Source: a virus (lineage: Duplodnaviria > Caudoviricetes). Taken from it: 64,000 bases of DNA. Below are positions 29,084-38,329 of this stretch, piece after piece. The DNA lies in the IMG/VR virus record IMGVR_UViG_3300033121_001789, positions 32,001 through 96,000 of that record; one strand, written 5' to 3'. Each line of letters starts with the position of its first letter. Positions within the stretch are counted from its first letter, which is position 1. A model generated the notes under the pieces. The model did no database searches, was not told the DNA's origin, and was given only the letters and a program-made list of their open reading frames with translations. The translations under genes and the position numbers were made by a program.

Positions 29084-30275
29084 AATATTCGGATATTTTT
29101 GATTGAAAAATATCATTAACAAAATCCTTCCATTGTTTTGAAACAATTATCGAGTCATGTACTGTTATAATCTTAATTTCTGGATTAATTAACATAATTG
29201 TTTTAACGACATCATTAAATATTAAATTAGATTCCATTTTCTGTAATTCATAAGCCAATGTCCTATAATCACCCTTCTCTTTCTTAAAGCTTTTAATAAA
29301 ATCATAAATGCTTGGAAAAATCCTATGAAAATATTTATCCCATTTTGAATTTTTATGATTTTTCCCAAAAAAGACCTTATATGTTAGTTCTTTTGCCTGT
29401 GATTTATCTTTTAGTTTTAAATTATCCATTAGAAATTGATAATAATTGCCATTCTGAACTAAAATTGAAAATAAATTAAATTCAGATTGATCAATTGGAT
29501 AATTTAAATCTTGTATTAATTTTGATAAAAATAATGGTTGACTATTTGGTATATCAATTTCACAAGTTTCCGTACCCTCGATTAAAAGACAGTTTTTTCG
29601 TATAAATGATTTTAAAATTGTGAAATTAGAATGCATTCTACCATAAGTATCAAAATGATGAAATATGTAACCCTCATTAATTGAGTCCACCGAATATCTA
29701 TTCCGAGTATAAATTGAATCTCCTTTTAGGGTATCTAAATAAAATATTGTTTTATCATATTGTATCTTAACAGAATATAGATCAGAAACAAGTTTTTCCC
29801 TAACCATAATATCAATAAGATTATTTTCAATTTGATACTTATTGTAAATTTTTTTAATAAGAATTTTATCAAAATTCTTATATCGTATTATCTCATTTGA
29901 AATAATATCTTTATTCAAAATATAAGTTCTCGATATTTTTCCCTTTAAATAGTTTTTCTTCAACACAATAACTCCATTATCCACTAAATATTGTATATAA
30001 TAGTTGTATTGATGACCATATTTATCTTTCAATACTGTTGAATTTAACACAAATAAATTATCTTTTTTAAAGTAGTACTTCAATATTAAATTATGTACTA
30101 TATCAATGATATAGTCACTTTTTAGGGAGATTTCCTTATATGTGATTTTCTTTTTATTCGATAAGTAAGATAGAGAAGAGGGCAAAAATTGTAAGGAATA
30201 CGAGATTCGTCGATTCTCCTTATTTTTTTTTAAAGTCGATTGTAGCATTAAATTTTGAGGTAAAGTTTCTATCAT
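29073..30275 (-). CDS. Minimal family A-like nucleotide polymerase with N-terminal HTH-like region
   Basis: GRMHS, motif A EIDIPNSQP, motif B AKELTYKVFFG, FPSI, LQKMES, motif C VHDS. Confidence 0.65.
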   Translation of the reverse strand: MIETLPQNLMLQSTLKKNKENRRISYSLQFLPSSLSYLSNKKKITYKEISLKSDYIIDIVHNLILKYYFKKDNLFVLNSTVLKDKYGHQYNYYIQYLVDNGVIVLKKNYLKGKISRTYILNKDIISNEIIRYKNFDKILIKKIYNKYQIENNLIDIMVREKLVSDLYSVKIQYDKTIFYLDTLKGDSIYTRNRYSVDSINEGYIFHHFDTYGRMHSNFTILKSFIRKNCLLIEGTETCEIDIPNSQPLFLSKLIQDLNYPIDQSEFNLFSILVQNGNYYQFLMDNLKLKDKSQAKELTYKVFFGKNHKNSKWDKYFHRIFPSIYDFIKSFKKEKGDYRTLAYELQKMESNLIFNDVVKTIMLINPEIKIITVHDSIIVSKQWKDFVNDIFQSKISEYFSI

Positions 30276-30323
30276 ATCTATTATAGAAAAAAATAGACTT
30301 TCGGGTGAGATGGATTAAATAAA

Positions 30324-30346
30324 AAAGTCCGAAAATTTCGGACTTT
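30324..30346. terminator. Intrinsic terminator hairpin
   Basis: AAAGTCCGAAA-A-TTTCGGACTTT with A/T tracts. Confidence 0.7.
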
Positions 30347-30373
30347 ATTTTATTTCTTAATCTTTTATATTTC

Positions 30374-30685
30374 TTAATCTTTTATTAACTTATTCAACTT
30401 TCTATGACGTAAATAAGCCTGATGTATTTCATTAAACTCACTAAGAGAATCTGGATATATGATTTCACCTTCCTTTCTGTAATAAATTCTATGTTTATGA
30501 ATATAAACGCCTTTTGTTGAATCTGATTTTACTCTTCGAAAGTAATACCTTTTTTTGAATATTACCAACTTTCTTATTTTATCATATCGACTTAAAAAAG
30601 AAAAAATTTCATAAATTCTAGAATCATATTTGGTTTGCGCATAAACTGGTTGACGAAGTTGTGAGAAAGGTTTAATGTCTTCCAC
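30374..30685 (-). CDS. Hypothetical basic protein with C-terminal LRHRKLNKLI motif
   Basis: 103 aa ORF. Confidence 0.55.
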   Translation of the reverse strand: MEDIKPFSQLRQPVYAQTKYDSRIYEIFSFLSRYDKIRKLVIFKKRYYFRRVKSDSTKGVYIHKHRIYYRKEGEIIYPDSLSEFNEIHQAYLRHRKLNKLIKD

Positions 30686-30686
30686 T

Positions 30687-30974
30687 TTATGATAAAGTTC
30701 TTTTTAAAGCTTTACTTGTACTAGACCAGAAATCATTCCAGAAGTCATTTATTTGACCATCAAAGTCGTATAAACCAAGAGATTCTAATTGTGCCCACAC
30801 CAAAGAGAATAACAACTTAATCATTTTCTTTTTCTCTTGTTCAGAAGATGAAGATATAAATTCCTTATAAAAAATGTGGTCTGAATTAAGTCTAATTATA
30901 AGTTTAGTATTTTGTCGTGTTATATCCCAAAACTCACCTGTTTCTCCCCCATTATAGAGATTTATATCTAACAA
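30687..30974 (-). CDS. Hypothetical protein or fragment resembling the C-terminal part of MORC/GHKL ATPases
   Basis: GEFW...IRLNSDHIFY...LLFSLVWA pattern; TTG start; possibly truncated. Confidence 0.4.
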   Translation of the reverse strand: MLDINLYNGGETGEFWDITRQNTKLIIRLNSDHIFYKEFISSSSEQEKKKMIKLLFSLVWAQLESLGLYDFDGQINDFWNDFWSSTSKALKRTLS

Positions 30975-31053
30975 ATTTTTATCGTAGTGTAAATTATCTC
31001 TTTTTAAAAATTTTTGTTTTAGGGACTAATAATATACTAATATATACAAGTAT

Positions 31054-31203
31054 ATGAAAGCTAAAGAAGTGATGGAAAAGTATGACATAAGTAGAAACAC
31101 TCTATCAACATGGGTTAAAAAAGGTTGGATTCAAGTAGAAATTCTCCCATCTGGAAGATATAGATATAAAATAATTGAAAGAAAAAATGTTCAAAGCAAG
31201 TAA
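31054..31203 (+). CDS. MerR-type HTH protein resembling the IS607 TnpA N-terminus (49 aa, not in ORF track)
   Basis: MKAKEVMEKYDISRNTLSTWVKKGWIQVEILPSGRYRY; overlaps the start of the next gene. Confidence 0.7.
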   Translation: MKAKEVMEKYDISRNTLSTWVKKGWIQVEILPSGRYRYKIIERKNVQSK

Positions 31204-32101
31204 AGAAAAGTTATTAAATAATTTTATTGAGAAATGTATGAAAATACACGGAGATAAATATGACTACTCTTTGGTCAAATATACAAATAACAAAACAAAG
31301 GTTAAAATTATTTGTAAAGAACATGGAATTTTTGAACAAAGACCAGATTGTCATACACATCAAGGATGTCCTCGTTGTAGCGGGAATGTGAAAATAACAA
31401 ATAATGAATTCATTTTAAGAGCTAATCAAAAACACCAAATCAAATACGACTATTCACTAACAAACTATAAAAATAATAGCACAAAAGTGAAAATAATCTG
31501 CCAACAACATGGAATATTTGAACAAAGTCCGAAAGACCATATTAGAGGAATAGGATGTTGGAAATGTAAGAAGAATTATCCACTAACACAATATGATTTT
31601 CTGAGTAAAGCAAAAGAAATACATGGTGATAATTATGATTATTCTAAAAGTGAATACATATCAGCACTGACTAAATTAACAATAATTTGCAAAAGACATG
31701 GTGAGTTTAAACAAACTCCAAATAAACACTTAACACTAGAACAAGGATGTCCAAGGTGTAAAAAGAGTAAAAAAATGAATGAAATATGCCTAATTTTAGA
31801 AAAAAATAATATTTATTATGAAAATGAAAAAACAATTAAAGGATGTGTTTCGAAAAATAACAAACTATTATATTTCGACATTTTTATAGAAAGTAAGAAT
31901 TTAGCAATAGAATACGATGGTGAGCAACATTTTAGACCGGTAGAAAACTGGGGAGGTGAAAAATCACTCAAAGAGGTAAAAGAGAGAGATGCGATAAAAA
32001 ATCAATTCTGTAAAAATAATAATATAGAATTAATTAGAATATCTTATAGTGAAAAGATTGAAGAAAGAATGAAAGAAATTATTTCTCAATATCTTTCTTG
32101 A
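31187..32101 (+). CDS. Free-standing homing-type endonuclease (IICxxHGxF repeats plus PD-(D/E)xK/Vsr-like domain)
   Basis: Three YDYS..IICK.HG.F.Q.P..H..GCP.C repeats; LYFDIF...IEYDGEQHF; ATG 31187. Confidence 0.8.
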   Translation: MFKASKEKLLNNFIEKCMKIHGDKYDYSLVKYTNNKTKVKIICKEHGIFEQRPDCHTHQGCPRCSGNVKITNNEFILRANQKHQIKYDYSLTNYKNNSTKVKIICQQHGIFEQSPKDHIRGIGCWKCKKNYPLTQYDFLSKAKEIHGDNYDYSKSEYISALTKLTIICKRHGEFKQTPNKHLTLEQGCPRCKKSKKMNEICLILEKNNIYYENEKTIKGCVSKNNKLLYFDIFIESKNLAIEYDGEQHFRPVENWGGEKSLKEVKERDAIKNQFCKNNNIELIRISYSEKIEERMKEIISQYLS

Positions 32102-33383
32102 TACCCTTTTTGCTCTTTTTTTCTGAACTCATTTTTTGAAATTCATCATAAAAATCCATCGGATAAACATCACCAGCAGCGTCTGTATCATACTGAATAT
32201 CAAAGAAGTCTCCAAAGTCCAATAGTCCTGCTTGTGTTACCTGAACTTCTCTAATTTTATTCAAATAATTATCAATTAAAATTGATATTTTATCAACAAA
32301 ATGATTAAAAAGAACTATTGTATTTTCAGTAAAAATACCGATTGGTTTCTTTCTTTTTTTATTAAAAGATCCTAAAATGACCTTAAAACAATATTCTAAT
32401 TTTTCAGACTCCTCAATTATCTCAAGTGTTAATTTATTATCTATTAACTCTCGATTTATTTTAAATTTTTCCTTATCAAAAAACTCAGGAACGGCAAAGT
32501 CAAAATTTAGAATGTCCTCCTTAACATCAGAAACATACATATTAAATAACTTTTCTATTAAATAAATATAGATAGAATCCCTCTTATCTCCTTTTAGCTT
32601 AATATCATCTAAACTTATAGATTGGCAAAATGTTAAAAAATTTAATAATATTAAAGTATATACATCAGTGAAATCAGTGGAGTTTTCAGAACTAATTCTT
32701 TGATATAGTGGATTTAAAATCTCAAAAGAAATATCCTTATCTTTAACTCTGATAATAATCTTCTCCAAGTTTTCCTGAAATGAATCTTTCATTAAGAATG
32801 ATGATTCAGACTGTGGATTTAATATTTTATAGAAGAAAAATGAAAATGATTGCTCACCAAATACATATTCTAAATCCTTCTCAGAAGTATTTAAAAAATA
32901 TTGAATCGCCTCTTTCATTGTATCAGATAATTTACCTTCAAATATTATTGGGAGTGAGTCAACATTAAATAATCTAGCATATTCAATTAGTTCATCAGTA
33001 GTAAATTCATATTTACCGTTTTTATTTATTGATGTAAGAACTAATCCATTTTTTGGCATTCTTTGATATTGAATGTTAGCTGGAGTCTCATCTGGAAAAT
33101 ATTCAAATAAAAAACTCCAATTTTTAGGCATCAATCCCTTTACTCTTAAATCAAATGTATTAAAATAATTTATTGCAGGATTATAGTAGTTCTGCATAGC
33201 CAAATCTATCAAATTAATAGGATCATTATTTAAACTCTTAGGTATAATTTTAAATTCTTTTCCATTCCAATTAACCCAAATTTTTGATCCTTGAATATCC
33301 TCAAACACAATAATATCATTATCAAAAATATCTGATAAGATATTTGTATCCTCAACTCCGTTCAATGTGACAATTTTAGCCAT
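32079..33383 (-). CDS. Hypothetical protein, possibly a degenerate Rnl2-like ligase fold
   Basis: EDIQGS (cf. EKxDG), FEY, LPIIFEG, EKIIIR (cf. EGxVxR); catalytic Lys missing. Confidence 0.45.
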   Translation of the reverse strand: MAKIVTLNGVEDTNILSDIFDNDIIVFEDIQGSKIWVNWNGKEFKIIPKSLNNDPINLIDLAMQNYYNPAINYFNTFDLRVKGLMPKNWSFLFEYFPDETPANIQYQRMPKNGLVLTSINKNGKYEFTTDELIEYARLFNVDSLPIIFEGKLSDTMKEAIQYFLNTSEKDLEYVFGEQSFSFFFYKILNPQSESSFLMKDSFQENLEKIIIRVKDKDISFEILNPLYQRISSENSTDFTDVYTLILLNFLTFCQSISLDDIKLKGDKRDSIYIYLIEKLFNMYVSDVKEDILNFDFAVPEFFDKEKFKINRELIDNKLTLEIIEESEKLEYCFKVILGSFNKKRKKPIGIFTENTIVLFNHFVDKISILIDNYLNKIREVQVTQAGLLDFGDFFDIQYDTDAAGDVYPMDFYDEFQKMSSEKKSKKGIKKDIEK

Positions 33384-33412
33384 ATAATTATAATCTGTTT
33401 TAATAATTTGTT

Positions 33413-34210
33413 TTAAAAATATATTTCTGAAAAATCTAATTCGATAAAATGATCACCATCATCTATTATATCATCATATTCAATATTAAATTTTGACGAT
33501 ATCCAATTTTTATACATTTTCTTAAAATTATCATAATCTTTATTTGTTAAGTGATCAATCATAATATAAAAAAATCTATCGAAAAGTATTCTTACCACAC
33601 CATTATTATTTATAATTAACTCACCTTCTTCTTTTAGCTCCTTAAAAATATCTTTTGTATAAAATCCATGTTCTATAACAAATTGTTTTAATAAATTTTC
33701 AAATATTAAGTCATAATAATCTGAAATACTTCCCCAACATTGTTTTATATAAATTCTTCCATATGTCGTTTCATGATATCCATATGAATATTTAACGAAT
33801 GCTTCCTCTGGACTCGTATCATGAAACGATCCGGAAACTTCATATGTATTATCCAAATTATAAAGTAAAATATCAACCACAGCCCCTATTGAAGAATAGG
33901 TATCAATATTTTGAAATATTATATCCCTATTTTCTTTAATCTGACCCATAGAAAGATTATGAATTTTTAAATTTTTATCTATATCATACCAAATTTCCTC
34001 CGAATCTACCCTAGTGCCTCTCTTAGAAATTTGTGACCAATTAGAAAACCAAACGTCATCACATAAACTATTTATAAATGAATGAAACTTCGAAAAAAAA
34101 TCTTTATTTTCCTCATACAAATCATCACCAATATTTTCAATAGTAGATTCTTTCAAATCATCATATCTATATGATTCCTTAATGAAATCTAAAAAACTCT
34201 TTTTAATCAT
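33413..34210 (-). CDS. Hypothetical protein, candidate internal head protein
   Basis: MIKKSFLDFIKES N-terminus; palindromic promoter motif upstream. Confidence 0.65.
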   Translation of the reverse strand: MIKKSFLDFIKESYRYDDLKESTIENIGDDLYEENKDFFSKFHSFINSLCDDVWFSNWSQISKRGTRVDSEEIWYDIDKNLKIHNLSMGQIKENRDIIFQNIDTYSSIGAVVDILLYNLDNTYEVSGSFHDTSPEEAFVKYSYGYHETTYGRIYIKQCWGSISDYYDLIFENLLKQFVIEHGFYTKDIFKELKEEGELIINNNGVVRILFDRFFYIMIDHLTNKDYDNFKKMYKNWISSKFNIEYDDIIDDGDHFIELDFSEIYF

Positions 34211-34254
34211 TCATTTATGTCTTTTAATATATATATTAAAATACTCTTATAAGA

Positions 34255-35364
34255 ATGCATATTCAAAAATACTTTGAATTTAAAAAATCTGATCTTAGTC
34301 CTATTTCATCATTTCGTATAAAGGATGAACTTAATCCTAAAATTTGGTCAGATTTCATCCTTGATGTGGATATAAGAAAGGACTTACTAAAAATAGGAGA
34401 AGATTTCTATCACTCAACAGAATTAAAAGCTGAAGTAGTTGACATAATACTATGTGGATCTCTTTGTAACTATAACTGGTCGGAAAAATATTCCGACTAT
34501 GATTTACATATTATAATTAATTTTAAACAAATAAATGAAGATTTAGAATTGGTTGAAAAATTATGTGATCTATCCAAAAAAATATGGAACCAACAACATA
34601 ATATAAAAATAAAAGGATATGACGTTGAGGTGGCAATACAAGATAGATCTGATTTAAGAAATTCAATAAATGGTGGTAGAATGGGTGGAGTATATTCACT
34701 ACTAAAAGATAAATGGATAAAAAAACCAGAGAAAGTAGAATTTATACCGGATGAAAAATTAATATCAGAGAAAGCAAAAACAATAATGCTAGAGATTGAT
34801 GATATAATTGAATCGAAAAATATAGATTATGAAGAATTGAGATCACGTATAAAAATTGTATGGGATAAAATAAAAAAGCTAAGAGAAAGATCTCTCGAAG
34901 AAGAAGGTGAATATGGTATTGGAAATTTAGTGTTCAAACTACTTAGAAGAAATAATTATCTTGGTAAGATAATGGATCTAAAAAAGAATGCATATGATAA
35001 ACAATTTGAATCTAAATCCTTTAGTTTTTTCAGATTTGACGAAGAATATACTGAGGAATCTATACTAAATTTTCTCTATAAAATAGAGAAATTAAATAAT
35101 GAACTACCAAGTGATGAGAGTTGGTCACAGTATATAAATTATACCATAGATGAGGATAATTTTAAAATAAAGGTAGAGATGGGTGCTTCAGGATATTCTG
35201 AAGGATGGTCAGAGGATTGGAATATTGATTATTCTGATCCTGAATATATAGTAGTTGATAGATTTGCATCACAATCGGGACCGTACGGAAGTTCAGAAGA
35301 TAAAAAAGAATTTAAATTTCATTCATTTAATGAGTTATATAATGAGATAAAAGAAAATTTTTAA
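34255..35364 (+). CDS. Pol-beta superfamily nucleotidyltransferase with C-terminal extra domain
   Basis: GS..NYNW..YSDYDLH, third acidic residue in DVEV, GGVYSL...W, GNLVFKLLRR. Confidence 0.8.
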   Translation: MHIQKYFEFKKSDLSPISSFRIKDELNPKIWSDFILDVDIRKDLLKIGEDFYHSTELKAEVVDIILCGSLCNYNWSEKYSDYDLHIIINFKQINEDLELVEKLCDLSKKIWNQQHNIKIKGYDVEVAIQDRSDLRNSINGGRMGGVYSLLKDKWIKKPEKVEFIPDEKLISEKAKTIMLEIDDIIESKNIDYEELRSRIKIVWDKIKKLRERSLEEEGEYGIGNLVFKLLRRNNYLGKIMDLKKNAYDKQFESKSFSFFRFDEEYTEESILNFLYKIEKLNNELPSDESWSQYINYTIDEDNFKIKVEMGASGYSEGWSEDWNIDYSDPEYIVVDRFASQSGPYGSSEDKKEFKFHSFNELYNEIKENF

Positions 35365-35365
35365 A

Positions 35366-36058
35366 ATGATAACAATACAAGAAATAGAACAAACATTCAA
35401 AGATATATTTGAAGAAGAAGAGGGTCTGGTACAATCAGTCGAAACTGTATATGAATTATCAGATAATGAAGAGTTTTATAGACTAGTTATATCAATACAT
35501 GGATTATCCATTGAAGACACGTCGATAATACACACTAAATTTATATTTAAAACGGACTTAGATAAAAGAAATATAATTGATGAATCGTTCATATATTTAT
35601 TTGATATAAATTGTATATATCATCGTCTTGAGTTTAAAAATGTGATAGATTTAAAAGAAAAAATCGAAAACATATTAGAGTCTGGCAATTTCGGAGAGGA
35701 TATAAAAATACTATCAGACTTCATAGAAGCACCAGCCATGTTTCTTAATTACTATATGAGAAGGTACCATATAACAGATTACTCTGTATTTGATGTAAAG
35801 TATGAACCAAAATTCAAAACAACACCATGTGATAAAACAACATTTGATTTTGAAATTGACATAAATAATAATTATAAAATATCACTATCAATTCACAAAA
35901 TAGACCGTGAGAGTGATGATGAAGATCATACGGATACATATAAATTTCAATTTAAATTCATGGATGAAATATCCACATCAGAATCGGACACACTTGAAAA
36001 TATACACTATTTTATAGGACAAAATATTGCAGGAATATTAGATAAAAAATTAAAATAA
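35366..36058 (+). CDS. Hypothetical protein
   Basis: 230 aa ORF, translationally coupled. Confidence 0.65.
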   Translation: MITIQEIEQTFKDIFEEEEGLVQSVETVYELSDNEEFYRLVISIHGLSIEDTSIIHTKFIFKTDLDKRNIIDESFIYLFDINCIYHRLEFKNVIDLKEKIENILESGNFGEDIKILSDFIEAPAMFLNYYMRRYHITDYSVFDVKYEPKFKTTPCDKTTFDFEIDINNNYKISLSIHKIDRESDDEDHTDTYKFQFKFMDEISTSESDTLENIHYFIGQNIAGILDKKLK

Positions 36059-36840
36059 TGAGATATATTAAAGATATTAGAGAGGCTTTTAATCACAAAT
36101 GGTCAAAAAATGATGATTTGATACTTCCAATATGGAATATATCGGAAAATGATTTATTTGATGCATTCTCAGATTTAGAAGACGACTTTGAAGTTGAAAT
36201 AACATGTGATTTTCTTCTAAAAAGTCCCAAAGGTCATTTATTTAATCTGAAAGAAGAAAACAAAGAAATAATTGAAAGTTATGCTGCCGCTGGATTTGAA
36301 CCAATAATTCAAGTAAAAATATCCAGTCAGTATCCATTAGCAACAACCGGTGATATGCGTGCAATACAATCAACAATGATGGATTGTATAATGAATTTAG
36401 ATGGATATTATTTATCACATGTATCTAAGTTTAGAACTTATTTTGAAATTCAGTTAATGCAAGAGAAAGACGGCAATGAAAAGATAAAATACCACAAAAA
36501 ATCGAATGTATATTTTTCAAAATATGCCAAACCAATCAAGGATCTTGGTTATAAATTTATAATTAATAAAATATTTGAAATAGGTGATAAAAAGTATATA
36601 AAATTACCAGAAAAATTTGCTGGACAAAAGGTGTATATAATTTTAATAGAAAAGGAATATGTAAATCCCATTGATATTAACCTCATAGATAATATCTACG
36701 AGGTTAAAAATGTTTTTCAATCCATAGAAAGTGAAATTTCCAATTCTAAGGATTTCAAATCCACCAATGGTCAGCTTGAAATAAATAATGAAGATGGGAA
36801 AGTATTCATAAGATTTATTCTAAGAATAGTCGAAGAATAA
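36058..36840 (+). CDS. Hypothetical protein, candidate internal head protein
   Basis: MRYIKDIREAF N-terminus. Confidence 0.6.
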   Translation: MRYIKDIREAFNHKWSKNDDLILPIWNISENDLFDAFSDLEDDFEVEITCDFLLKSPKGHLFNLKEENKEIIESYAAAGFEPIIQVKISSQYPLATTGDMRAIQSTMMDCIMNLDGYYLSHVSKFRTYFEIQLMQEKDGNEKIKYHKKSNVYFSKYAKPIKDLGYKFIINKIFEIGDKKYIKLPEKFAGQKVYIILIEKEYVNPIDINLIDNIYEVKNVFQSIESEISNSKDFKSTNGQLEINNEDGKVFIRFILRIVEE

Positions 36841-36843
36841 AAA

Positions 36844-37524
36844 TTAACACAATAATTCTATTTTACCTCTTGAAAATTCCTTGAAAGAGCATTGCTTATT
36901 AGTGGAATGATCAATAACTAAATCTTCTTTAATACGATAAGATCTTTTTTTATCCGATCGAGAACCCATACCAATTTGGTGTAATCGATTTCTATATTCT
37001 TTTTCGTCCCATTTTTCTTGTTCAATAGACTTTAACTTTTCCTCTAACCTTTTCCAAGCCAATTCTTCATTTTTCAATTGATCTCGAGTATCCTGGCATT
37101 TTATTTGAATTCCAGATGGTCTATGTGTCAAGATAACACAACTTGATACCTTATTAACATTTTGTCCACCCTTGCCACTACTTCTAGTATATTGTCTATC
37201 TACATCATTTCGATTTAAATGAAAGTGTAATTGATTATCCGGATCAATTAAAGCAACTGTAATAATAGAAGTTTGTGTCCTTCCTCTTTTTTCTGTCGAT
37301 GGTACTCTTATCCATCTATGTGGACCAATTTCATTTTTAAATAGATTTGAAACATTTTTCCCACTCAGTCAAATTGAGGCAAATCCATTCCTATCTTCAA
37401 TAATATCATATTTTAATCCATGATTTCTTGCAGTTTTAACATAAATATTTCTAAGATCCTCAACTAACATCTTAGAATCTAATCCGCCCTCAGCGGCTCT
37501 AATTTCTATAATGATTTTTTCCAT
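36844..37524 (-). CDS. RF1-like class I peptide chain release factor lacking domain 1, with one in-frame TGA at codon 52 (37369-37371)
   Basis: Manual translation: IEIRAAEGG...FASI*LSG...E.GPHRWIRVPSTEKRGRTQTS...SSGKGGQNVNK...THRPSGI...RSDKKRSY; PxT and GGQ intact; same frame on both sides of the TGA. Confidence 0.88.
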
Positions 37525-37529
37525 AATTA

Positions 37530-37616
37530 TTAATTTTTATTTTTGAGCAATAAATTGTTATTGTGATTGAATAATCACAAACCGCTAATAATTATGTATT
37601 CTAAATTTCATTTCAT
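37530..37616 (-). promoter_or_regulatory. Leader of the release-factor gene: overlapping uORFs and hairpin
   Basis: uORF A 37616-37530 MK*NLEYIIISGL*LFNHNNNLLLKNKN (two in-frame TGA); uORF B 37611-37585 MKFRIHNY-TAG; 8-bp hairpin 37561-37580; TAATATATA directly upstream. Confidence 0.5.
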
Positions 37617-37629
37617 TATATATTATAAT

Positions 37630-38034
37630 TCAAAATAAAAGTTCTTTTAAAATGAAGTTTCTCTTAACCTCACCAGGTAATATGTCTAATATTCCTCTCT
37701 TACTGACTATTAACTTATTATCTCTACTATAAGAACTATAAATAGTTTTCAATCTATCTCTTTTTGTACTATTACAATCTTCCATCCATATTGTTGATAG
37801 TGAATGATTGACCAATAACGCCCAAAATATGTAGTTATTCTCATAATTCATAACCCAGAAAGAATTGGACTTTGGATGTTCCTTAATGACTTCTTTTTTA
37901 TTTCTATTAGAATCATATTTTATCTCTGTAATATCCAATACCATGGTTGGGTAATGATCAATCGGATGATTACCTGGTTTATGAAAAGATGTTTTCTTAA
38001 ACCCCAAAGTTTTTAATTTCTTATGAATATTCAT
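37630..38034 (-). CDS. Hypothetical protein with C-terminal KRNFILKELL motif
   Basis: 134 aa ORF; TAnnTTTG upstream. Confidence 0.6.
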   Translation of the reverse strand: MNIHKKLKTLGFKKTSFHKPGNHPIDHYPTMVLDITEIKYDSNRNKKEVIKEHPKSNSFWVMNYENNYIFWALLVNHSLSTIWMEDCNSTKRDRLKTIYSSYSRDNKLIVSKRGILDILPGEVKRNFILKELLF

Positions 38035-38083
38035 ATTGCAAATATAATTAAAAAAAGTGATTTTCTAATTAAATATATATTGT

Positions 38084-38329
38084 ATGTATAAAGATACAAC
38101 TCCAACATTCAATTCCGGAAATCGAAAGATTGTCAATTATAAAGACTTTATTCAAAATATTGATAAAGAAAAAGAAGAATTGAAAACTGTTAAAAAGTCA
38201 TTCTCTAAAAATGAATTAGAGATTGGTTTAAAACAGCATAAATATAAATATAATAAAGTCACTCACAAATTAGATGACTTGACACCAGACGAAGTAGATG
38301 ATAAATTAGATAACTTAGAAGAGAATTAA
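38084..38329 (+). CDS. Hypothetical small protein
   Basis: 81 aa ORF; AATATATA upstream. Confidence 0.6.
   Translation: MYKDTTPTFNSGNRKIVNYKDFIQNIDKEKEELKTVKKSFSKNELEIGLKQHKYKYNKVTHKLDDLTPDEVDDKLDNLEEN

Noticed and set aside
31054-32101. Intact IS607 element
   Set aside because: No serine recombinase catalytic domain and no TnpB/RuvC; only the HTH is present.
36844-37131. 95 aa ORF as a complete gene
   Set aside because: It is the C-terminal part of the longer release factor; the GGQ motif lies upstream of its TTG start.
37360-37395. prfB-style +1 frameshift at ATT TGA C
   Set aside because: Release-factor homology continues in frame 0 after the TGA, so readthrough rather than frameshift is needed.
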